From the IMG/VR virus record IMGVR_UViG_3300045988_111035: a stretch of 61,812 nucleotides of DNA. One strand, given 5' to 3'. Both the position numbers and the translations under genes were made by a program. Below the pieces are notes generated by a model. It saw only the letters and a program-made list of their open reading frames with translations, was not told the origin of the DNA and searched no databases. Below are positions 1-8,135 of the stretch, piece after piece. Position 1 is the first letter of the stretch. Every line of letters starts with the position of its first letter. Source of the stretch: a virus.

Positions 1-50
1 ATATTGGTAACGGACTTGTCGGCTATCTTTTCCGTAGTTACCGAATTGTC
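1..50. repeat. Terminal 50-bp direct repeat, copy 1 (circular-assembly overlap)
   Basis: Bases 1-50 are identical to 61763-61812. A minus-strand ORF is in frame across the join. Confidence 0.9.
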
Positions 51-674
51 TGCCAACTTGATATTGGTGATACTGCCATCAGCAATTTTCTCAGAAGTAA
101 TAGCACCATTCTTTATCTGGTTGGTCTCTAGTTGGTCTGTCTTATTGACTTTCTTATTAAGTTCTTCTTTAACATCCTCCTCGTTGGCTTTTTTATTGAG
201 TTCAGAAGTCAAAATTTTCTGGCTAATGACCTTGTTTAGATTTTCTCCAAACTCCTGTGCCACTTCCAAAAGTATATGGCTTCTCCATAACTTTCCGTCT
301 TCCGTGTACAACACACTGATTCCCCATGGAATCAGGATGCTTCCGAAATTTACGTAAGTACCATTTTCCGTGGCAAAGTAAAACATTCTATCGCAAGCTG
401 TGCTAGGAACAGTATCAGGATGTGCCAATCCAAAATACGAGCCACCGAAGGCGTTAAATTTTTCTACGATACCAGCAATAACCTCATCCCAATAGGAGTC
501 ACGTCTGGCATTCACACACCATGTACCTCGGTCTGCATTCCAATAATGCGCCCAACCGTTAATTTCCACAAAGTCACCTTCAACACCACCTGTTGGGAAC
601 TTTTTGTTCACCTCATAGATGTTTCCGAACGTGCCCTTATAGTGCTCGCTATTCTTGTCTATATCATTTGCCAT
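1..674 (-). CDS. Tail fibre-like protein, N-terminal part; the ORF leaves the left edge and resumes at 61762
   Basis: ATG at 674..672. The reverse-complement translation is MANDIDKNSEHYKGTF...ITSEKIADGSITNIKLADNSVTTEKIADKSVTNI. 674 nt plus 385 nt (61378..61762) gives 1059 nt, which is 353 codons in frame. The plus-strand ORFs 4..357 and 420..683 are antisense to it. Confidence 0.8.
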   Translation of the reverse strand, partial: MANDIDKNSEHYKGTFGNIYEVNKKFPTGGVEGDFVEINGWAHYWNADRGTWCVNARRDSYWDEVIAGIVEKFNAFGGSYFGLAHPDTVPSTACDRMFYFATENGTYVNFGSILIPWGISVLYTEDGKLWRSHILLEVAQEFGENLNKVISQKILTSELNKKANEEDVKEELNKKVNKTDQLETNQIKNGAITSEKIADGSITNIKLADNSVTTEKIADKSVTN

Positions 675-679
675 ATACG

Positions 680-1402
680 TTAAAATTGAGATAATTGATT
701 AAATCTGTCAGCTAAATCTTCTTCCTTTTTGCTCGCCAAATAAATGGAAACAGCTCGATAAACAAGATACTTGCGACATTCATCAATGAGAGCAAGGTCT
801 AAAGCCGTTCCTATATAAATAGGTTTGTCATTCTTCTCGTCAGTAGAAAACACATCAACAACCTTTTGATAAGGTATATATGTAAAGACCTCAATCTCAT
901 GGTCGTACACCTTGCCTTGTGGTGCATGATTTGGCTCGTATTTACCAGCAGTCCAATATGTCAGCACTCGATTTCCCTGTGGAGACATCGTTATCATGCC
1001 TTTTGGTTTTTGGGGAGTTCCCCTAGTCCACCTGCTTGCTTGCATATAAGCTTCCTTGCTATCAGGACTCATTAATGTCCTAAGTGAGTTTTGCCAACTT
1101 TTCAGTCTAAGTTCAACTAGCCTCAGCCAGTCATCGGGAATGACAAGTTCACCATGCCCATCAGTATATTGAGTCTGAATGGCATCGTAATCTTGTACCC
1201 CTTCACTCAATGACACCTTTACCCTATGTGGCACAAGCATCTGTAGAGGAGCTTGCAACAACAACTGTTGTGCTGCCGTCTCTATCGCTTGTTTCATTTC
1301 AACATCGGAATCATCTGAAATGATGTCATTCACATCATCATGTAACACTTCATCCATGGCAATACGCATCTCTTTCACAAGGTCGCTCATCAATGCTTCC
1401 AT
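680..1402 (-). CDS. Hypothetical virion protein (head-tail adaptor/head completion candidate)
   Basis: 240-aa ORF packed between the capsid genes and the fibre gene. The call rests on position only. Confidence 0.35.
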   Translation of the reverse strand: MEALMSDLVKEMRIAMDEVLHDDVNDIISDDSDVEMKQAIETAAQQLLLQAPLQMLVPHRVKVSLSEGVQDYDAIQTQYTDGHGELVIPDDWLRLVELRLKSWQNSLRTLMSPDSKEAYMQASRWTRGTPQKPKGMITMSPQGNRVLTYWTAGKYEPNHAPQGKVYDHEIEVFTYIPYQKVVDVFSTDEKNDKPIYIGTALDLALIDECRKYLVYRAVSIYLASKKEEDLADRFNQLSQF

Positions 1403-1419
1403 ATCATATGCTTTAAATG

Positions 1420-1809
1420 TTAGAAATCTATCTCGATGCCATTCTTGCTCGCCTCGTCCTTCACGCTCTGCGGACTCTTCAACTTGCGTGTATCTACGCC
1501 GAAGGTCTTGGCAAGGTAGTTTTTCGCCTTGGTGATGTTGTCGAAGCGAAGTACGTTCCTGTCCTGTTTCTTCTTCTCCACCGCCTTGGCTACCTGCTCT
1601 TCCTCGGGTTGGCTCTTGTCTATGATTCGTCCGCTCCTTACGAGGGGATGGCGGCGGATAGCCTCAGCCACCTCCTTCTGCGAGGTCTGGAAACCATACA
1701 CGCCCTTGCCTGTCTCGTCAAACTCGATGTCCTTCACCAGTCCGCTGGCAAGCGTCACCGTGAAGATGAGCATACTGTGGGCAACAAACTCGTAATTCAT
1801 ATATGTCAT
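1420..1809 (-). CDS. Hypothetical protein downstream of the major capsid gene
   Basis: 129-aa ORF with an ATG at 1809, in the same-strand head operon. Confidence 0.5.
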   Translation of the reverse strand: MTYMNYEFVAHSMLIFTVTLASGLVKDIEFDETGKGVYGFQTSQKEVAEAIRRHPLVRSGRIIDKSQPEEEQVAKAVEKKKQDRNVLRFDNITKAKNYLAKTFGVDTRKLKSPQSVKDEASKNGIEIDF

Positions 1810-1892
1810 GGTGTTTATGGTAAGGAGATAGTGTCACCTTTCGGCTCTGCTATCCCCTTGGTTCATATATCTAGAAAACTATCAGTGCACCG

Positions 1893-3437
1893 TTAAGCCG
1901 CAATCTCCTCGTCGGTCACTGCGTCGGCATTGTCAAACACAGGGCGTGACACACGGGCATGGGCGTTCGGATAGGTAAGTACCCAACAACTGTATTCCTC
2001 CATGACCACACCGTTCGAGTTGCGAATGAGCAAGTCCTTCAAGTTGTACTCCTTGCGACTCCAAGCACCGAAGACGTACTTGTCAAGATAACGCTCGTCC
2101 AAGCAGAAGGCACGTCCGTCCATGCCCCACATGTTGAAGGAGTCGTGACGGTAGATGAGAATCTTGGTGCCCATGGAAGTGAAGGTCTCGAAGTCGAGCT
2201 TCCATCCTTGGTAGTCCTTCTCGGTCTCGGTGATGACACGTCTCGTTGAGCGAAGGTTTGCGAAAGCTTGGTAAATGAGGTTGTCAACGAAGAGCAACTT
2301 GGTACGGCTGGAGTTACCTGCGTCCTTCAAGATGGCTGAAATGAATCGGGTCAAGTCCTTCTCTGAAATGACGTACTCATACACCTTCTTTTCTACAGTT
2401 CCACCACTTCCGTTAGAGACTTTCGCCGTCACAGGAATCTTGTTGCCGTTCTCGTCAATCTCCATCTTAGGCTGCCAATGGCCCACGGTAATGTCCTTAC
2501 CTGCCATCCAGTAGATGCCGCCCATCGTATAGACCGCACCAATCTCCTTGTTTGGAGTAGATACGCTGCGATAACCGAACAAGCCGCTTCGCTCCTGACC
2601 GTAGCGCATATCGTCCATCGCCATCTTCTCCTGACGTGTGAACGTCCACTGCACTTGTGTCTTGCTCATACGGTCGATGATGGACTGCTCCACCATCATG
2701 ATGAAACGCTGGCAATACTGCCAAGACTTGTCGGGCATGGTGTAGTAAGAACCTGTCTCCACCTCTTTCTCACCTGCCGCTCTTCCCAATCGAAGGAGGG
2801 TCGTGCCCTTCTTGATGGCTGGGATGTCATAGCGGTTGCCCTTGCTGGTGTTCTTCTTGCCGTTCAAGGCATAGCAGATAGGGTTGTTATCGACATCGCT
2901 GTCAATGACACGCAACTGCAAAGGAACCATGGTGCTTCGGGTTGTACCATCGTCGTTATAGCCCATCACGCCATCCACCATGATGATGTCGCCAACGTCG
3001 AACGCCGTGCTGTTCACCACCTTCAAGGTCACGGTCGTACCCTTGCTGCTCTCGGCTAAGTCCTCCTCCAAGGTTGACTTGATTGGACGCTGGCCGATGC
3101 TGTAGAACTCCACACGGATGGAATCGACTGGCGTGACCTTCTTGGCGGCACGCAAAATCTGGTCGATAGGGCAACTCTCGAGTTTCAACTCCACGATGGA
3201 CGGATTCACATACGCCATGTAGTAGTCGAAGTTACCCATCTCCTCCTGTGCTTGGCGAGAACCTGCCTCGGTCTTCATGCCTGTTCCACCGATGCCAGGA
3301 CCCTCCACAGGTCCAGTTGTGCCACCGTCACCAGGCGAGGCTGGAGGTGTCTCAGCCATGGCATACATGCTGCCACCACTCAGAATCATGACGAGAATCG
3401 CCATCATGAAACCAAACCATTTCTTTAACTTTTTCAT
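1893..3437 (-). CDS. Major capsid protein (HK97-fold, SU10/DUF5309-like pattern)
   Basis: 514 aa, directly after the scaffold gene. Segments such as VEFYSIGQRP, YCQRFIMMVEQSI and TMGGIYWM, and the C-terminal FETFTSMGTKILIYRHDSF..CLDERYLDKYVF, resemble this MCP family from memory. The N-terminus carries a hydrophobic, signal-like extension. Confidence 0.7.
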   Translation of the reverse strand: MKKLKKWFGFMMAILVMILSGGSMYAMAETPPASPGDGGTTGPVEGPGIGGTGMKTEAGSRQAQEEMGNFDYYMAYVNPSIVELKLESCPIDQILRAAKKVTPVDSIRVEFYSIGQRPIKSTLEEDLAESSKGTTVTLKVVNSTAFDVGDIIMVDGVMGYNDDGTTRSTMVPLQLRVIDSDVDNNPICYALNGKKNTSKGNRYDIPAIKKGTTLLRLGRAAGEKEVETGSYYTMPDKSWQYCQRFIMMVEQSIIDRMSKTQVQWTFTRQEKMAMDDMRYGQERSGLFGYRSVSTPNKEIGAVYTMGGIYWMAGKDITVGHWQPKMEIDENGNKIPVTAKVSNGSGGTVEKKVYEYVISEKDLTRFISAILKDAGNSSRTKLLFVDNLIYQAFANLRSTRRVITETEKDYQGWKLDFETFTSMGTKILIYRHDSFNMWGMDGRAFCLDERYLDKYVFGAWSRKEYNLKDLLIRNSNGVVMEEYSCWVLTYPNAHARVSRPVFDNADAVTDEEIAA

Positions 3438-3479
3438 ACTTTTGAAAATTTGTTATTGATTAAACTTAAAAACTTATCG

Positions 3480-4274
3480 TCACATTCCTCTCATGCGCTC
3501 GTAGGCAAGTTCCGTATCAGACTTCTCACGTGGCAACGAGGCTGGACCGCCTCCACCGCTCACGCTCACGTTCTTGCCGCCCTTCGTACCGTCATGGAGT
3601 TTCTTCTGCTGGTCTATCTTCTCGTTGCGACCACGCTTGTAGCCCTTGTCCTCGGCATCGGCAACCGCCTTGTCGAAGTCCTTGATTTGCATCAGACGCT
3701 TGAAGTCATCCTTGGTGAGCTGGTACTTGGCGGCACGCCAGATGAAGCCCTCCTTGCCTTCCTCGTGACCATACATCCATTCTATCATAGACTTGATGTC
3801 CTCGGGCTTAATCTTTGCCTCCTTGATGAAGGCTTCCAGCTCGGCATCCTCCTTGTCCATGGCTGCGGCAAGCTCCTCGTTGCTCTTGGCTAGTTTCTCG
3901 CTAGCCTCCACCTCGTCCTTCTCCTTCTTCTTCAAGCGTGCCCTAGCCTCATCGTCGCCATTGATGGCATCGATGAAGTCCTGCCCTAGGTTGTCTATCA
4001 GATAGTCGGTGAAACTGAACTCGCTTCCGTCGGGGTTCTTTCGGGTTGACATGCCAGTGATAAGACCGGGTGCTTGCGGAAAATCCCTCAACATGTTGTT
4101 GAAGTCATCCATCCTTTGGTTATTCTGGTCAAACTGGTCGTAATCGGTCGAAAACTGACCATAAACGGCATCCTCATCATCCATGTTGATGTTGGGATAA
4201 CGCTTTGAAAAACGCTCCCTGAAAGCGTCTCTCTTCGATTTAACGTTTTGATTTTCAGTCGTTTCCTTTGCCAT
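3480..4274 (-). CDS. Scaffolding protein candidate
   Basis: 264 aa, highly acidic/basic with coiled-coil-like composition (D/E/K rich), immediately upstream of the MCP. Confidence 0.5.
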   Translation of the reverse strand: MAKETTENQNVKSKRDAFRERFSKRYPNINMDDEDAVYGQFSTDYDQFDQNNQRMDDFNNMLRDFPQAPGLITGMSTRKNPDGSEFSFTDYLIDNLGQDFIDAINGDDEARARLKKKEKDEVEASEKLAKSNEELAAAMDKEDAELEAFIKEAKIKPEDIKSMIEWMYGHEEGKEGFIWRAAKYQLTKDDFKRLMQIKDFDKAVADAEDKGYKRGRNEKIDQQKKLHDGTKGGKNVSVSGGGGPASLPREKSDTELAYERMRGM

Positions 4275-4300
4275 AGCACATATACATTAATAATTTGCGG

Positions 4301-4345
4301 TAAAATTAAAGAAAATTTCGCATTACTTTTTGATATTTTGCGCAA
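4301..4345 (-). promoter_or_regulatory. Late-type promoter unit 1: TTGCGCAA core (4338..4345) + 29 nt + -7 box TAATTTTA (4308..4301)
   Basis: Same core-spacer-box geometry as four other sites. It lies upstream of the scaffold/MCP operon (ATG at 4274). Confidence 0.65.
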
Positions 4346-4355
4346 CTCGCTGTAT

Positions 4356-4363
4356 TAACTTTG
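4356..4363 (+). promoter_or_regulatory. Bacteroidota -7 box TAACTTTG
   Basis: Perfect TAnnTTTG match 2 nt before the ATG at 4366, with TTTG at 4337..4340 upstream. This would imply a very short or absent leader. Confidence 0.4.
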
Positions 4364-4365
4364 CC

Positions 4366-4806
4366 ATGATGAAACACCTAAACTCCATATCGCAAATCAA
4401 CCTGGAGAGAGACCGCGAGATGCTTCGGCTCTATCGGAAGGCAAGGGAGGTGGCTACATACCCCACCACCTCAGTCAAGCTGTGCGAGATTGTCGCCTCG
4501 CTGCCCACGTCCTGCTACTACATATCCGACACGTCGGCGGCTAGGTACGTCTCCAACCGACTCAAAGGAAAGATTCCCAAGTTCGGGGCGGCGTTCGAGA
4601 AGAAACGGATGCTATACGAAGCCTTCTACACGGACTTCCTCAAAGTGAGGCAGATGGACGGAAACCAACGGAAGTGCATCAGCCAACTCGTTGACATTGC
4701 GTTGCTGCGACCTGCGCCCTGTCTGGGTCTCTCCTGCCGCTCCATTAGACAAAAGATTTCCGCCCACCTCAACAAGAGCAAGGGCAAGCTCATTCTCGCC
4801 AAATAA
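4366..4806 (+). CDS. Putative DNA-binding protein at the head of the packaging operon (small terminase or regulator candidate)
   Basis: First ATG of ORF 4330..4806. It has an HTH-like segment (VKLCEIVASLPTSCYYISDTSAARYVSNRL) and lies two genes upstream of TerL. Confidence 0.35.
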   Translation: MMKHLNSISQINLERDREMLRLYRKAREVATYPTTSVKLCEIVASLPTSCYYISDTSAARYVSNRLKGKIPKFGAAFEKKRMLYEAFYTDFLKVRQMDGNQRKCISQLVDIALLRPAPCLGLSCRSIRQKISAHLNKSKGKLILAK

Positions 4807-4818
4807 AAAATCATCCAC

Positions 4819-5298
4819 ATGCGTACATTATATATTACCATACTCCTCATCGCCTTGATGGCTCTCGCCATTCCGTTGCACGACAAGTTGGCGGTATCGC
4901 CGACCACACCGACATACACCCACCTCGTCTATATGTTCGGGCACGCTGGCTTCATCCATTGGGCGGTCAACTCATGGTGCATCCTCATGCTTCACCACCA
5001 GTTCAAGCCCCACCGTGTCATTGCCTCATGGCTAGGCTCGGTCGTGCTCTCCTTCCTATATTACCCATCGCTGCCAGTCTTGGGTGCGTCCGTCATAATT
5101 TCATTCTTCATGGGGATTACCTCGCCATGGCTCTACAGGTACAAGCGTCTTGCCTTCTGGCAGATGGTCGTGCTCCTTGCCATCGGCTGCGTCCTGCCGC
5201 ACATAGCTGGCACTTACCACCTCGTCCTCTTCGCCTTCGGTTTTCTCTACGCCAAGGTGGAGAGTTTCATCCATCACGCCAACAACCTAAAGATATAG
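4819..5298 (+). CDS. Rhomboid-family intramembrane serine protease-like protein (compact 6-TM core)
   Basis: FGHAGFIHWAVNSW matches the GlpG TM2 pattern H-x4-H-x3-N. LGASVII matches GxSx (catalytic Ser) and LPHIAG matches the AHxxG catalytic His helix. About six hydrophobic segments are present. Confidence 0.65.
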   Translation: MRTLYITILLIALMALAIPLHDKLAVSPTTPTYTHLVYMFGHAGFIHWAVNSWCILMLHHQFKPHRVIASWLGSVVLSFLYYPSLPVLGASVIISFFMGITSPWLYRYKRLAFWQMVVLLAIGCVLPHIAGTYHLVLFAFGFLYAKVESFIHHANNLKI

Positions 5299-5302
5299 CA
5301 TC

Positions 5303-7480
5303 GTGTCTGTAGCAAAGTCTTCATTGAAGGTCAAGCCTCAGCCAAGCATCTCTGAGAAAAAGCTAAGGGAGATACTTGACGAGAGTACGGAGAGATTGAG
5401 AAGTCTCTTCGCTACCTACCGTCCTATCACTGGAGAGAACGCCCCTGGCCTTCGGTTCGAGTGTACGATTTCCGACTTCCTCGACGGTAAGAAGCTATGG
5501 TTGCCTGTGGAGATGCTAAAGTCCAAGAAATTCTGCGCCATCGTCAACTGCGGCTCCATCGACAAGTTCTGCCAGAAGTTCCTGCCAAGCCAAGATGCTG
5601 AGAAGGCACGTGACGCTGTCTTCCGCTACATCATCAGGCTGCGCTGCAAGCACGACTTCTATTTCTTCGCATACGCCTACGCCCGAATCAAGAACAAGGA
5701 CGGTGGCAAGGACATTCCTTTCCTGCTGCGACCTGCACAGGTCAAGCTCGTCAAGGTGTTTGAGGAAATGCGGCTTCACGGCGAGTTCCATCACATACGA
5801 GTGATTCTGTTGAAGTGCCGCCAGTGGGGTGGCTCTACCGCTACAGACATCTACATGTCGTGGATTCAGATATTCTGGAAGACCAACTGGAACTCCAACA
5901 TCATCGGTCACCAGTCTTCGTCCGCCACACAGGTGTTCGACATGTACGAGAAACTGATAAACGCCATCCCTATGTGGCTCTTCTACGACATCGGTCAGCC
6001 TTTCAAGAACGACGCTCGCAAGTTGAAGACATCGGGCACCATCCAAAACATCAAGTATCTCCTTCCACGTGACTGCAAGATACAGACTGGCTCTGCACGA
6101 AACCCAGAGTCGTGTCGCTCGGGCGACGCTGCCATGGCTCACATCACGGAGGAGGCGTTCTTCCCGAACACAACGGAATGGACTCCTGCCAAGGTAATCA
6201 AGGCGGCTGCGTCTTCCATCCAGACGGACCCGCTCACCTTCATCGTGCGTGAGTCAACGCCTAACGGACGTGAGAACGAGTTCCACGACGCTTGGGTGAA
6301 GGCAAACTCCTTCGACAAGGACGGCAAGCGCATGTCGGCGTTTACCCCTGTCTTCGTGGCTTGGTTCGAGATTGAGAAATACACCCTTCCCTTCAAGAGC
6401 GAGGACGAGAAGGCGAACTTCGCCATCTGGCTTTGGGAGAATCGTGAGGACGAGCAATTCCACGGCAAATACTTCTGGTGGCTCTTCGACATCAAGGGGG
6501 CTACATTGGAAGGCATCCATTGGTACATCGAGAAGTCCAAGGAATACGAGTCATTGGACGATATGCGCCAAGAGTACCCTTCCGACGATGTGGAAGCCTT
6601 CCTGTTCTCGGGCACTACCGTCTTCGACCCATACAAGTTAAAGGAGATGGAGGAGGACTGCAAGGGCGTTGAGCCTATCATGGTGGGTGACATCGAGGGA
6701 GATTCCTACGATGCCGCCGACCCAACTTGCATGGACAACATCAGATTGGTGGAACGCTCGGGTGGCCCATTCAAGGTTTGGTCAGGACCCGACAATAGCG
6801 AGATTGTCAAGCACCGCTACATCGTCTCTTGCGATATTGGCGGCTCTCACAAGACTTCCGACTTCTCCGACATCGTTGTTCTTGATCGATATGATGAGAT
6901 ATACGGCGGCGTGCCTGAGTTGGTGGCTGAGTGGCACGGTCACTGCGACGCTGACCAACTCGCCATGAGGTGCGCACAGATTGCACACTTCTACAACGAC
7001 GCTCTGTTGGTGATTGAGAACAATACGGCATACTCTCGCATGAACAATACTGAGGGAAACCAGTCCGAACTGTTCTTCCCTATCCTCTTGCCACTGTACT
7101 CCAACCTTTACAGTGCCTCTCAGTCCAAGTTGAAGAAGGTGAAGAACATCGAGCAAAAATGGGGATTCAACACCAACAAGGCGACCAAGGTGGCGGTGGT
7201 GAAGACCATGGCACGCATCATCCGTGACGGCGGCTATATGGAGCGTGAGCCTGCCGCCATCGACGAAAGCACCTACTACCTCTACTATCAGCAAAACGAT
7301 TGCTACGGTGCGGTGGCTGGCAAGCACGATGACCGTGTCATGGCACGTGCCATCGCCCTCTACGTGGAGAAGGACATGCCTGTGCCTGAGATTGTTCCGT
7401 TCAAGAGCAAGGAAGAGAAGGAACGTGAGGCACTTCGCCGCAAGAGACCTGTCGTTGCTGAGCTGGCAGGAATGGGATAA
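5303..7480 (+). CDS. terL: Terminase large subunit
   Basis: 725 aa. It has a Walker-A-like KCRQWGGST, an RNaseH-like nuclease region (SCDIGGSHKTSDFSDIVVLD) and a C-terminal GKHDDRVMARAIAL typical of TerL. The start codon is GTG. Confidence 0.85.
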   Translation: MSVAKSSLKVKPQPSISEKKLREILDESTERLRSLFATYRPITGENAPGLRFECTISDFLDGKKLWLPVEMLKSKKFCAIVNCGSIDKFCQKFLPSQDAEKARDAVFRYIIRLRCKHDFYFFAYAYARIKNKDGGKDIPFLLRPAQVKLVKVFEEMRLHGEFHHIRVILLKCRQWGGSTATDIYMSWIQIFWKTNWNSNIIGHQSSSATQVFDMYEKLINAIPMWLFYDIGQPFKNDARKLKTSGTIQNIKYLLPRDCKIQTGSARNPESCRSGDAAMAHITEEAFFPNTTEWTPAKVIKAAASSIQTDPLTFIVRESTPNGRENEFHDAWVKANSFDKDGKRMSAFTPVFVAWFEIEKYTLPFKSEDEKANFAIWLWENREDEQFHGKYFWWLFDIKGATLEGIHWYIEKSKEYESLDDMRQEYPSDDVEAFLFSGTTVFDPYKLKEMEEDCKGVEPIMVGDIEGDSYDAADPTCMDNIRLVERSGGPFKVWSGPDNSEIVKHRYIVSCDIGGSHKTSDFSDIVVLDRYDEIYGGVPELVAEWHGHCDADQLAMRCAQIAHFYNDALLVIENNTAYSRMNNTEGNQSELFFPILLPLYSNLYSASQSKLKKVKNIEQKWGFNTNKATKVAVVKTMARIIRDGGYMEREPAAIDESTYYLYYQQNDCYGAVAGKHDDRVMARAIALYVEKDMPVPEIVPFKSKEEKEREALRRKRPVVAELAGMG

Positions 7481-7541
7481 TCGCCAATAGATTGAAAATA
7501 ACGACAAACAATTGAATTATTCATCAATAAAACTGCATATT

Positions 7542-8009
7542 ATGAAACAGACTTATTCCAATGGGCTTCGCAAGATTATGATTGCCTTCTATCAGCCCAT
7601 CATCACACGCATCGAGTTGTTCCGTGCCACAAGGATGTGGCGCAAGGGAGTGAAGGCGACCATCGCCAAGTACAAGGAGGGCGGTGCTCCACGCTTCTAC
7701 ATGCTCTTCGACTTATCGCACAAAGACTGGGCCATCATGACATACGACCCGAACCGAAAACGGCTGCTCTCCTACAGGCGACTGGTTCAACTAGGCAAGT
7801 GGAAGGCCTCACGCTACTTCAAGAACGTGGAGGACATCAAGAAGGCAAGCTTCTACTACACGCCGTCCAAGTGGGGTGCGCTCGGCTGCGACGAGGACAA
7901 CGGCGTGCGTGAGGAGAAACTGCGCTTGTGGCAGAAGTTCTACATGTTCAAGGTCTCCACCATGATGGAGAAGCTGCGTGCCTACAAACGCAAGCACCAC
8001 ATCAAGTAA
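7542..8009 (+). CDS. Hypothetical basic protein after terL
   Basis: First ATG in ORF 7512..8009, followed by the hairpin at 8016..8047. Confidence 0.5.
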   Translation: MKQTYSNGLRKIMIAFYQPIITRIELFRATRMWRKGVKATIAKYKEGGAPRFYMLFDLSHKDWAIMTYDPNRKRLLSYRRLVQLGKWKASRYFKNVEDIKKASFYYTPSKWGALGCDEDNGVREEKLRLWQKFYMFKVSTMMEKLRAYKRKHHIK

Positions 8010-8015
8010 ACGTAA

Positions 8016-8047
8016 GAAGGCAGAGGGCTTCACAGCTCCCTGCCTTC
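8016..8047. terminator. Hairpin between convergent genes (7542..8009 plus strand, portal minus strand)
   Basis: GAAGGCAGaGGG / CCCTGCCTTC forms a 10-bp stem with one bulge. Confidence 0.5.
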
Positions 8048-8135
8048 GACTTTTACCTTAAAACCTAATACAAATCTATTAACTAATATAACCTAAACTT
8101 AATTTTTATCGTTTTTGAACTAGAAGTATTTTTTT

